A stretch of 64,000 bases of DNA, taken from Lingula anatina (taxonomy: Eukaryota > Animalia > Brachiopoda). This document shows positions 12,564 to 25,223 of this stretch, in pieces. Made by a program: the position numbers and the translations under genes. The DNA lies in NCBI GenBank assembly GCA_051362555.1, contig CM120640.1:62970788-63034787 (forward strand), written 5' to 3'. The stretch's first letter is position 1. Every line of letters starts with the position of its first letter. The notes beneath the pieces were generated by a model. The model was given only the letters and a program-made list of their open reading frames with translations. It was not told where the DNA came from and ran no database searches.

Positions 12564-14354
12564 CTGAAAAAAAATCAGCTGACGTTTGCCAGTGCCACCT
12601 GGACTAGTTATAAACCAATAAATTTCGTGTTCTAAGTTGCTACACGTTGCTCTGTTTCTATGGAAATGTGAATATCTATTCGTTGCAGCCTCGTCTCCCT
12701 TTCCTGTGCTGCCTTCCCATGTAGCGTCATACACTTGCGAGAGCCAATCGATAGCTCACCAAGAGAGGAAGACAATTGATTTTTCGGTCTCTTAGGATTA
12801 AATCGAGTCCACGGAGCGGAGGTTCTATTACATGAATTATGACATAGATGGGGATATCTTGTCATATTGCGTCTGAAATGTGGCAGTGGAAAAGCTTAAA
12901 TGTGAATGTGTATCTATTACTTCCTTTATAGAAGAGAAATAAATCCACTTTTGCGCTTAAAAAGCTTATGCATCTTTTAAGCCTTGGATATAAAAGAAAG
13001 ATGAGTGGCCTGGCTGTATATGAGTCCTGTATTCACTGGTGTTGTCTGAGGTCAGACACCATTGTCAGCTTCATCTTCATTATATCAAGGACCACTCTCC
13101 AATTTATCATTCAAGATATTCCTTATTACTAATTACTTGGAAAGTCACTTATCCTCTTGAAAACTACCTTACTTTGATATGTCAACAATGCAAGGGATTA
13201 TTATCAGAATGTTCTTCGCTGGGGTATAATTATGTTTCTTGATTTCAAGTACATTAACGGCTATTAAACATTATTTTCGCATGCCATTATACACGTCTTA
13301 AGAAATGAATCATTTACCTAATTGTTATTTTACTTGAAGGCATCTACACTTGCGTGGCAGAAATACTAATCCGCGTTTTCAGAGTAAAAGGGATAAGCTT
13401 CAAAGCTTACTAAGAACAATAATCGTCAGAAGATACGTGGGCGACGGAAAATATACATGTATAGAATAATGGAATGATTATTTGCACAACCTAAATGACA
13501 TTTGAAAAAGCCGAAGCTTTGGTATTCTTTTCCACATTGACAAACAAATAATAAGGTTCTTGGGGACATGAACCCGATATGTTCCGATATTTTTTTAAAA
13601 TTAAAAACGGGTATTAACTTATATGTTACGAGAATGTTATCTGCTGCTGTTTTGAAAATAAAGTTATGCCTAATTAAACATCACCAATTAGACTTTATCA
13701 CAGGTTAGATTTTCTTAAACTGCCCAGATTTCTGTTCTTTTACTTAACTCCTTCAACAATTTTTGAAGTGAACGGCTCTGAAAATTAAACGACGTGAATC
13801 CTTAGTTTATACTTAATCCTTTTCAATCTTTTCCGCGTACCGGAATAATTACCAGAGCTGCATATTGTTCCATTGTTTTTGTTTGATACAGTAAGCCATA
13901 TCGATCGATGCCACCTGAAAGGCTGACATGTGCTATCTACTTCAATGAACCCATCAAAATCAAGGTTGTATTAACTTAGTGAAGCCATTGTGTAAAACAA
14001 TTCAGGATAATCACAGAAATTACTTGACGAAGTGCTGGATTACATATACTCTTTATAACTTACTATAATCCAGCACATAATGTAGTAATATAGCGGGAAG
14101 TATAATACAGTAGATTTTGTCAAAATATGACGTATATCAACTTTTCTATCTGTATATAATCTGGTTCAAAGGCATAAGGATCTCTTATTATCGAATTATT
14201 ATATATAGATGTGTATATATACAGGTATGTAGTATGTAGAATATTCCCTTCCTCTATGATTCCTTAGTTAGAGCAATTGATAACATGGACATGACTTACT
14301 TGATTATAAATGTACAATCCTTTCTCAGTGATATACATGTAGCTTTGAGAGAGT

Positions 14355-14356
<2 letters not shown>

Positions 14357-14415
<59 letters not shown>
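14357..14415. repeat. Compound (GT)n(GA)n microsatellite
   Basis: Directly visible. Confidence 0.95.
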
Positions 14416-14418
<3 letters not shown>

Positions 14419-16257
14419 CCACTTTTGTGCTTTTTTATTTGGCGCGAAATCTCAATCAATTTTGGGGGTATCTTTTACCTAAAAATGCTATATGATATAT
14501 ATATTCCCTGCTAACAGAGAGGACGATGACCGTACTCTCCCCTGAAAAAGTACATGTAGTTAATGTACATGTAGACAAATTCAATCCTAGTTCACTATCC
14601 TTTAATGACATGGCCCTGATAAAAAATACACGGACATAACTTTTATAAATTAGGAGCACTATTTATAATTAATATCGTTAAAAGCCTGAAAGGCAAATTC
14701 ATTTCAACGCGTCCAGCTTCTGAGCTTTTTAATATCAGAAACGAAGGATCTTATCAACTTTTTTCTCTTCTCTCCCTCAGTCGATTCAATACTTGAAAAA
14801 GGATTAATCAGTGGTGAGTTCTACAGAGCTTAATTGATGTTAAATGTCGACCGCTAATGTCCATATCAATTCAAATTAATAGATTAAAATCAGTCTTGTC
14901 ACTTACATTAATGTATCCATTTTTATTATATATACATGTGTACAGTGCATTTGGTTAAGACCTCTGAACATTAATACACGTACATTTGTATTACACTACA
15001 TGTATTTTGCAAACTACCATTACAATACCCACTACCAAAAATTTTAATTCTTTAACGGTATCCCCTTCAACGTATAAAAAGCACCTTAGTTATGAGTTTC
15101 AACGCTTAGAAAGCCAAAACACGAAAAAGATTTTGTTTTCCCATTTACCCTCTTTAACTTTATTTAAATAAAGAAGGTGTATGAGATCATTGTGTAAATT
15201 AAACATTTTGAAAGCTCCAAAATCATTCTGTAAACCCTCTACTTCATGTATACCCATCGAACGCCAACAAGTTATCAAAACAGTATCTGTGCAGATACCC
15301 TATTCATTGTCACCTCTTCTCGAGAGGAGATATTAGAAAAGATAGAGGTGTTAGCGAGTAATAATGCTGGGAACTTCTTCTCAGCCTGTTTAGAAGCACA
15401 ATATTTACGGGAAGGGAGCAGAGTCATTTTACGTGACCAGTGTGATAATTGATCACCTCTTCGTGTTGAATAATTTCATGTTGTTTACAAATATCTTGTT
15501 CTTAATGCTCTGTTGATGTGAAAGAATTTAATAATTTTATCGTTTACGTACAAAATGCAATGAATGTAAGGATATCACAACTGTACATCCCACTTCTGCG
15601 TTAATTTACACATCTTTGTTAAGCAAGATGTAATATCAGGTCACTGTTAACCTCAACGAGTGGGCTGTCAAAATCGCATCAGGTTTTGATGACGTGAGAG
15701 ATTCAGACTGAATCCCGCAATTAAGCAACATTTACAGAAATGAAATAGCCAGATAAAGTTATCCTTTTTCAGTTCTGGATATTGCGTCAGAGACGACGGT
15801 CCTTGCTAACGCAGTATGTGAAAGAACTCACTGTACGCTTTTTCAGTGTTGGCAAGTGCTTCAGAAAGGTTCATGCTTATCAACGCTTTTATCCAAGCGA
15901 AATGGATATCGTATCTTAATCTTATTTATAATTATAAAACAGAAATCACAATTGTTTGTTTTTATATACTCCATATACATGGAATAAAAACATTTACTAC
16001 AACCCTTAACGTATAAAGCGCTGCAATGTTGTGATGTTTGTTTGTATACGCCGCAGCCACTGCTGGGTAAACAATACACAATGTTAAAGCTATTCATTTT
16101 CACTATCAATGTAAAACAATTTGTATCCACATACGTATACATAAAACATAGCTGATAAAGGGAACGGTTGTCGTTTAAACCCGATCATTCATGTAATTTC
16201 AATCAAAGACAAACAAAAGGCGATTGAATAAACGTCGAATAAATCACAGCGCTGCAC

Positions 16258-16264
16258 TATAAAA
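16258..16264 (+). promoter_or_regulatory. Candidate TATA box upstream of the kinase gene
   Basis: TATAAAA(GG) about 930 bp upstream of the kinase ATG, followed by donor-like sites (about 16326 and 16514). Confidence 0.25.
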
Positions 16265-17190
16265 GGTTTGAAAAGAGCACCTGGGGCAGAGTAAAGGTGT
16301 TAACACCATTTATAAGACCGGTACAGGTAAAGAGTTTCAGGTTACTTGGTCGACGGTGCAAGGTTTCTGACTTTGCGAATTTCACTTTAGCACAGTCGAT
16401 CTATCATTTACATGTTTTATGGAAAAAATCTACAGCATTTAACCAACACCAATCCGATCTTAGCCGCCGTACAGTCGGTGATCACAAAAGAAAGAGCCAC
16501 TGTTCGGGTGAGGGTAAGTCAACTTGTTTACGATAAGTTACATGTAGCAACCGTATCTTTTAGGGTTTGTTGTCCAGTGCAAGGAGTGACTTTTCCCCCC
16601 TCAAACTACATGAAAGAATAGTAGGGGAAATATTCTACGTATTTTGTATTATCATGGACATAATATCCATGCTTTTTAAACTACTTTTGGGTGAATTTAA
16701 AGAGTTCTCCTCATGAACAACTTCCTAAAAATCCTCATCATTGTGACATGCAGAGAGCTGATAACCCAATGTGGCGATGTCCTACATGTACGTTATTTCC
16801 CTGTTAAACCATATTATTTTAAAAGATTAAAAAGGGAGAGAGAGATTTTATATAGCTAACTTCAAATGTCCAAGTGTCTTGCCTCGCTTTTAAACGGCAG
16901 GATAACTCTAATATATTCCACAGAAACGCTTGGATTAGATTTCGAGACCTTGCATGTATGGATACTCACGTAGACTCTGAGTTTATACACCACATGTTAA
17001 CAGCTTCTACATCAGAAAGCATTAATAATTCACTTCAATTTCTTTCAGAAAATCCACCCCTGAAATTTGCAAACATTAAACATGGAACGAAGTGCCTAAG
17101 CAAATTTCAACACAAGCAAGATGTAACTGTCTAAAAAGAAAACCTTGTTAAGTAGTAGTTAGTCTCAGCGGAACTAAACTAAATTGCCAG

Positions 17191-20100
17191 ATGGAGCCTC
17201 CCAAATCGCGGGGGTCAAATACTTCTGGTATACCGCTGTTTGGAGATGCATCAATGTCGAAGAAGAAACAAGTGGGTGACTACACGCTGACGCACATCTT
17301 AGGACGGGGTTCTTTTGCCTCAGTCAGATTGGGGACACACCTGCCTACCAAGGAAAAGGTAAGTTGATGATATACCCTCACGTGCTTTTTAAAATAATTT
17401 TTATCTTTTATTGTTATTTTTAAAGTTGATTTGGTTGTAGGCAACATGAAGATGAATTAAAAAATAAGATATTCTGGCCATTGCACGTATACTCAGATTA
17501 CCAAACTGATAACGACAGCTTTGTCCCCTCTAAAGTTTTTTACGAATATTTAAATTTAAGCAGCGTCATGGGATAGACTGCCATAAAGTGTGAACCTGAA
17601 AAAAAGACCTTTTTCTTTTTGTTTGTTAGGAACATGACTTTTCACTTAAGGCAATTTTTTAGCTATAAATTGGTTTTTGGTGTTATACCTCCGTTTAGTA
17701 TTATTCTTGGTTCAAAAGTAGCTTATCAATTTTAGTATAACATATGTTTCAAAGAGGTGACGACGTTCTGTTTTTTTTTCCTTTTTTTTTTTCGAACAAA
17801 TCAGCCAAATCGAACGGCTAATGAAGTGACTGTTATGGTGTTACCATAGTTATTTAATCACCTTTACGTTTCGCTCACAGAATTTGTTTTCATATTATCG
17901 GAGAATATCTATTCTACAGTGGGATTGTAAAACATAAAATGGGCATATTACAAAACTGTCATTTCTGGGTAAATGGATTTCATTTTATCTTATGAGCCAA
18001 AAAAAAAAGTCCTACTTTTTTATACGATCAAGCCTTAAATATATATTTGAGATTAATCCATGTTAGGAAGTTTGAAATTGCCTTGCTACTTTTCACATTG
18101 TTGTTACTATAATGTTTGGTATTGTTATTTCTATACAACTTATCGATATCAACTTATACAATGTGCTCACGCGATTAGTTAGATCTATCGATAAGTAAAC
18201 GAAGCCTTTGTTTCGAACAAACATGGTTTATTCCTTCTTGCAATTTATACAATCAAATCCAGTCAATTTCTGCTCCAGTGTGAAAGAAAAGGGGGCCTCA
18301 AATTCGTCTTTATTTATATAAGAGGAAGGCTGTGTTATATCTATCGCATTCTTCCTTGGCTACATACCTGCGATACATAGCAATAAATGAGACCGTAGTG
18401 TTTAAGTGTCATATCAAACAGCGATCAATTGCCGCGGACAATGCTTACCCAGGGAGACCAGCTGGGCTTTCACCAGAACTTCTCGGAAAAATAATTCCGG
18501 AAGCGTATCTTTGAGATTTTGCAAGGAATTTTTTATTCAACAAGCTGAATAAATAGCTAGAGAACTCGATGACAAGACGCACACTTTAAAAGTTCATGTA
18601 TTGTGTACACAAAAACTAAGCCGAATTAAAGACTGAACAGACGGATTACGTATCTGTGGTTGAGATAAGCAGTAGGTCTGTAGCGGATAACTGTTGATTT
18701 TCAAACCAATTCCTCAATACAGGTGGCCGTGAAAGTGGTAGAAAAGGATTCCCTGGATAAGGTGGAAGCCCGTCACCCGGAATTCAAGGGTCAATGGAAA
18801 GAGACAGAGATTCACCAAAGCCTAGATCACCCCCACATCGTCCGGTTGTATGAGATCTTGGAGACCAAAAGGAGTTTTTACCTTGTTCTAGAGCTGGTGG
18901 AAGGAGGAAGTCTCATTGATCATTTAACAAAAAGGTAAGAAGCCCAGTATTGCAGTTTGACAATATCAAATTCGAAATCAGAGGCAGACGAGATGGCTGT
19001 CTATTGATGGAGCCTGGTCTTAACATACAGTTAGTAGTCAACTCGGGAAATATCGGGTCACTAGCCCTGAAGCAAATAAACAGTAATTTTGTTGACTTTT
19101 TCCATAATTTATGAGATCAGACCTCCCTGTGTTAATCTATCTTGACTAAATGTTTCACCAAGAGCAGAAAATCTTCGACACTTGAAAGCGTATCACAGTA
19201 CATTTTCGTTAAATTATTGGTTTTTAACAGGTTCATTTTTTATCGGGAGACGTGTATGAATTTTGTTTCAGAGGTCCACTCAGTGAGAATGAATGTCGAC
19301 GTTATATGGTGCAAATTGTCTCCGCCCTTCACCACATCCACAGGGTCAACGTCGTTCACAGGTAAGCTTTATCATACAACCAATAGACTCATAGCAAAAA
19401 TAAATTTACTTTATTTATCTTCTCTAAACACTTCAGAGGACTATTAGTACCGCATCTCGAGACGCTTCGGGGTGATTTGTTTCTTCCAAGAAAACAAGTA
19501 ACACTATTTTGTTTAGGTCTTGGATGGAAGCTGCAGATTGGAGTAATATTACACAGATTCAGTTCTCGAGTGCTTTTCAGACATTCGATTTTTTACAAGA
19601 GGCGTTATAATGTTTTAAGTCGCCGTTTTTGGTGGTCTTTGTGCATTAGTAAGTCATATACCAGTAGTCACAGTGTGAGTAACTGAAACTTTTATCTCAG
19701 AAACACGTCGACTATTTTCTTATTTATATTTTGTCAAAATTCCGCAATATAACAGTCGTTATATTTTGTTTCACAGGGACCTTAAACTTGAGAACTTTTT
19801 ATTAGACAACAATAACAACATCAAGGTTATAGGTAAGTAGAGTGTAACACCTGGTTTCTGCTTAACACAGATGGGCGTGATGAGACGGCTGCCTACTTGT
19901 AGTTGCCATGGTATATATAGTCGATGCGGGAATATTAAAGTAGTGTATATATATATCAATAGCAGCAATCGCTGGGTTCAAGTCTTGACGAAGAAAATTT
20001 ACCTGAATAGTAAAATAATTGTATAACCAGTGGGTCTGTATGCAGCTTTTGGTGATAGTATACTATCTCAATAGAGATGTGGTAACAAGTGGTCCTTCCT

Positions 20101-23100
20101 TCTTGAACTATGACAATAGAAATACTGTATTAGAAGTGTATCAGTGGATCAAATTTCAAGCAAAATCGTGTGTCGTCTACTGTGTGTGTTACTGTTGTAG
20201 GCAATTTAACTCAAAAGAAACAGTCCTTCAACAGCGTACACGGCATAGTTGGGAATTGTTTATATAAAAAAAATACGTCGATTCAATTTCAGATTTTGGT
20301 TTGAGTGGAATTTGGCAACAAGATAACGTCTTCACACTCCCTTGTGGCTCGCCGGCTTATGTGGCCCCAGAGATCCTCGGCAAAAGACGGTACGGACCCG
20401 CAGTAGACCTTTGGAGCATGTGAGTAGGGGACCCTTGTCTACAATATGCACTTTGTTATGATACTGTTATCGGATTTGATTCCAGTTTGTTCTAGTCGAG
20501 AGCTTCTCTAAATATCCATTGATTTTTTATAGCATTACTGTGCCAAATTTTTATTCAGACACGCATCCTGTTTTACTAGCAAAAATCAATCGGTTTGATT
20601 GATTTACCAATATCATTTAAAATCTTTATTTATTTTTAGTGGTGTTTCGCTGTACGCTTTACTGACTGGTAATTTCCCATTCAACGTCAAGGGATTATCC
20701 GACCCACTCGCAATTCATGAAAAGATCTCAAAACGATGTTTTATTCCGCAAACACTTTCTGAAGGTATTCTTTTTTGCTTCATTCATATTTTTCACGTAT
20801 CACTTTTTTCTAGCATGTGTCTGTGTTTTCTTTCTACCTTTTTTCCTCTCTTCGGTAAAAAGCTTTTAGATTCTTACTGACTTAACTATTTGCATCTCAC
20901 TTCTTTCTGTGGTAATTAATTTTCAACGTATAAGGAGCGAGAACGGAATGGAATAAATGCGATTTCTGGCAGGAGGAAATTACAATCGTTGATGAAAATT
21001 GAACACGCGTGTTTCTTTCTTTGATTCCAGCGTGCCAGGATCTTCTTCGTAAATTGCTGGAGCCAAACGTTAAGCGGCGTCTTACGTTATCCGAGCTAAT
21101 GAACCATCCTTGGCTTACCACGGACGCACCCCTTCTCTTAATAACAACTCCAGCAACCAACTACAACCATAACATTATTAACTATATGGCAAAAACATAC
21201 AAATGGACAGAGGGTCAGATTTGCGAAGCCGTGAGAATGAGGAAAACAAACGATATATCAGCAACGTATTTTCTACTAATGAAAAAGTTGGAACGCCAAA
21301 GAAGCAAGTTTAAAAGCGTGTGCTCAGAGAATCCGGACGCTGAAGTCGGCGTCACTGAGGAAGGAAACCGTCCTAAAAACCCTCAGGGACAGGAAGGTGG
21401 GAAGGGTAAAGCCAAGCCTTGTGATCGTGATAGTGATTACCATTCGGACGACGTGTGCTCTTCTTCCAAACCTGAAAACACAAATCAGGAAAACGACGAA
21501 ATAAACGAGGCAGATGAAGAAAAGCATGAGGTCCAGCCTCAGAGGTCCAGCCTTTCTGTCATTCGAGGGGAAACACCCAACTCTTTATTACCAGCTGTTT
21601 CAACTATCGCTGGTTATCCTAACTCGGAAAGAGAGGAAACTTTTAAACCTGCACCTGACCCCTCTCTTAACTCTAAGAGGTCATCACAACTGTTACTAGG
21701 CAACTATAGAGCCTGTTTGCTTAAATTAAAAGAATGTTCGAAAAAGAAACCGATGCGGAGTTCATTAAAAACGTCTCGCAGTGGAGAAGAGACCACTAGC
21801 CATAATAAAACCGGTTTCAAGTCAGTTAATTGCTCAAAATGGTTTCAACCCAGTGACTTTGGGTTAAGAAGGAGCGAACCCCCTACAGTGTACATCGAAG
21901 CAGAGGGGGTATCAGGGGTGTCTGCAACAATGAAGGGGGCCGCCCAAAATACGAAAGGAAAGGCCGTACGATTCGAGCTTGGAAAGAATTCTTCTAGTCA
22001 GGAACGACTGAATTGTGCCGCTTCCCCCGAACGTTCTTTCCAAAAGTTTATCTTGGACAAGTACGCAAAAGATAAACAGAAGAAGAAGGAATTTGAAGAT
22101 CCAGCTCTGTGGGAGAGACTGTGTGGGTCGAGACAAAGTCTCCAAAGTGACTGGCCGGGGAACCGCTCAGAGTCCGGAGACAGTACGGAAACCAAAGAGG
22201 AGTCCAGACAGAATGCTGAGGGAGATAAATACGGTTACAACGTGAGGTTTATAACACGAGAATTGAAAATTCCTCACCAAGAATGTATCCGTCGTGCCAA
22301 AGAACTAATGAGAAGAAATGCCGCTTCCAGCCCGTCCTCCCCACGAGTCCCGCCGAACTCTGCGCTAGGTGGGCGCAGGCACGCGCCGCCATCCCCCGAT
22401 GCCCTCTACGACAAGGATCAAGAAGAGATATATACCCCGTCTATCCCCAAGGTTGTCATTACAAAACTGTGCCAAAGCGTTACTCCAACGCAAAATCCTA
22501 CAAGTGCCATCCCAGCTCTATATCCGAAGTCTCCCAACCTCACTGCGGAGAGGGCATCCATATTCACTCCGGCGTCACCATTACTTTCACCGTCTCCAGA
22601 AATGCTCAAAGCCACCAAAAGGCTTAACTTCAAAACTGCCACTAATCAAAAGTCACCTAGACATGTTTGGTCTTTTGGCAAAAAAGAAAATCAAGAAATT
22701 AGTGCCAATGCAGTACTACCAGCTGCGGAGACGAGGGACGCTCTTTGGAGTCCAACTGACAAGTGGAGAAGCAAAGATAACAAAATTACGCGAGGTAAGT
22801 GCAATGACTGCCTTGCTGATTTAGATTTTTCGTTCTCAAAGTATCAGTTCAAAGTACACATTCAATTGCTACATTGGCAAATGTTTAAATAACACAAAAC
22901 TGGTTGACTTGTTTTTTTATAAGCTCGATTCCTGTATAATAGTAAGAATAACAGAACGAAACGTGCTTTTCAACATAGTTTTAATTGTTGTGAAGTTTTG
23001 CAAGAGGAGAGTTGTAAAAGGAACACAGGGTGTAAGTTAGTTTACATCATAATTTCAGTTAATTATAGAAAACGGCATAGGCGACCTGCCTTAATAGGCA

Positions 23101-23334
23101 ACTTTTAAGAAGACAGAGTAGGGGCACTTCCTACGTTTATAAACTGAAATACCATTTACGATCAAAACGTTCACATGTCTCGTTCTATTTTAAATTTCAG
23201 AGATCAATAAAGTCCGAAAATTGGGTTCTCTATTTGTGAGCCCGCGGACTCTCCCCCAGGACCCGAGATCACTGTCCCTGACACAGTTACGTCAAAATGG
23301 TATGAAGCAACTCAAGGAAAAAGTTACAAGTTGA
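17191..23334 (+). CDS. AMPK-related (CAMKL) Ser/Thr kinase, HUNK/MARK-like, with UBA-like domain and long low-complexity tail
   Basis: 8 exons, all GT-AG and frame-consistent: 17191-17358, 18723-18934, 19272-19361, 19777-19832, 20293-20419, 20640-20764, 21031-22794, 23201-23334 (TGA). Motifs LGRGSFASV, VAVK, HPHIVRLYE, HRDLKLEN, DFG, CGSPAYVAPE, DLWSIGV; UBA-like segment ending ISATYFLL. Confidence 0.9.
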
Positions 23335-23675
23335 ACTGAGCTTCCACTGTGAGCGCACTCTCTGCTCTACCAGAAGGAGCTGGTTTCACGTTGCAAATAT
23401 GCCATGTGTAGCCATGCTAGAGCTTCAAGTTAAAGCATCAGGACCATCATAAGTGCTTCGTAATTATAGTTACACCTGCAGTTCAAAAACTTTCAACATA
23501 ACATATTTGACAATTAGGCTACTCAATAGGCAGAGTTGTAATTCCACTTTCTCCAGTGATAATCAACATAAGGTTAAAGATAAATGTGCAATAACTTAAT
23601 TTATTTTCACTAAAGTGTCATGTATGTTAAATCTGATATCAAATGACTATTTTAGATCTACAAAAATTTTCAAGA

Positions 23676-23732
23676 AATAAATTCCCCTTTTTGTACTTAA
23701 TCAAACTGACTTTAAAGAAAAAGTGTAATAAA
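23676..23732 (+). terminator. Candidate poly(A) signals of the kinase gene
   Basis: AATAAA at 23676-23681 and 23727-23732, about 340-400 bp after the stop codon. Confidence 0.4.
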
Positions 23733-24549
23733 TGACTATTCCTTTATTTATTGCTTCTTTCTCCTTATCAAACTCAAGTTAATATTATTCTTTCATTAAT
23801 TTGCTAGAAGCACATGCAAAAATCTTGCAGTGCTTACAATTATAAGTTAAACTAATATCATATAATTACCAACATGCTACAAAATATACCTAAGGCAGTT
23901 GCAACAATACAATATAAATTGCACAATAATAAACATAAAACATTTTTGCCAAATTGTAAAAAAAAACAACAATATTTGCTTATAAATCTTTCAGTTCTAT
24001 CTCCTAAAAACAACTAACATTGACAAAACTTTCCAACTACTAATGCACTGTCAAACATTCAATACAGACAGAAGTACACTAGTACTGAATTAAAACCCAA
24101 ACAACAACAAAAAATCACAATGTCTTGACAACATGTTAACCTTAAACATAAACATGAACTTTTTCTTTCTTTTAATACATACAAAATTTGACAATACTAC
24201 TGTCTACATGGAATGTGCACCTACGCTCTGTCAAACAATTTCTCATTCTTACAATTAAATAAATTTGGTTGGTTAAATATATACTTTTTTCTACAGACAA
24301 GCCATAGTTTTCTAGCACCTCAAAATTACTACCTCTGCATCTTGCTGGATGTGGTGGACTAGTCATATTTCACAATGAAGGCCATACATATTAGTTACAT
24401 TGTTCTTTACCCAGAATACTCTGGCCCATGTGCTTTAATTACAAAACTTCACTCCCACTCTTTTTCCATTAACTTATTTTTCCGTAATCTAACTTTTTAA
24501 AACTATGTGCTGGTTGCCCAGATTCCCCATGTATTGAAGCCAGTCTAGA

Positions 24550-25187
24550 CTAAGTCAGCACCTGGTACACTCTGAATGTTCTGTTCACAAAGACTTTTTT
24601 GAAATACTTGGTGTATGCTGGGCGTCCATACCGTATCTCATCACAAAACCTTGGAACTTTTGAAGGAACCAGTCCAGGTGAGAAGTTACCATGGTCTGGT
24701 ATCTGAAACAATGTAGGTAGCATGTACAATGTATATGCAGTGGCCAAATGAAAGTTTACAAGTCCCTCCATGTAGATTGAGGCAAGGAACTGATCTTCTA
24801 TAAAATGTACTTAGTCTAGCTGAAGTAAATTGGTCAAATTTCTTTGCAATATTGATAAGTCAAGGATCATTTATGAGTCAACTTATGTTTTCATGCTCTT
24901 AGAATGCATTCAAAATCCTGACTTGGATCATTTATTTTTAAAGTTTAAGCTATGACATAAATATATTCTGAAACATGACAAACAAATGAAAAAGGGGCAC
25001 ATATACTACACAAATGGGTGAATTTACCACTCCATTGTCCATGTCAATGATATCAGGTGTCCTGCAGTCATCAGATGGAGCCATACAGATACTGTCTTCT
25101 AGGATGATATAACTGGCATTGTACTTCTTCATGATGGTCCAGACATCTTCTGGGGTCCTGCGACCATACATCTGGTATAACTAAAAA

Positions 25188-25223
<36 letters not shown>

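Noticed and set aside
20765-21030. U12-type intron in the kinase gene (donor GTATTCTTT, CTTAAC at 20881)
   Set aside because: The donor mismatches GTATCCTT and the branch-like motif is about 150 nt from the acceptor, too far for a minor intron.
21324-22824. Several overlapping ORFs within the large kinase exon
   Set aside because: Alternative-frame or antisense shadows of a GC-richer exon with no recognisable motifs.
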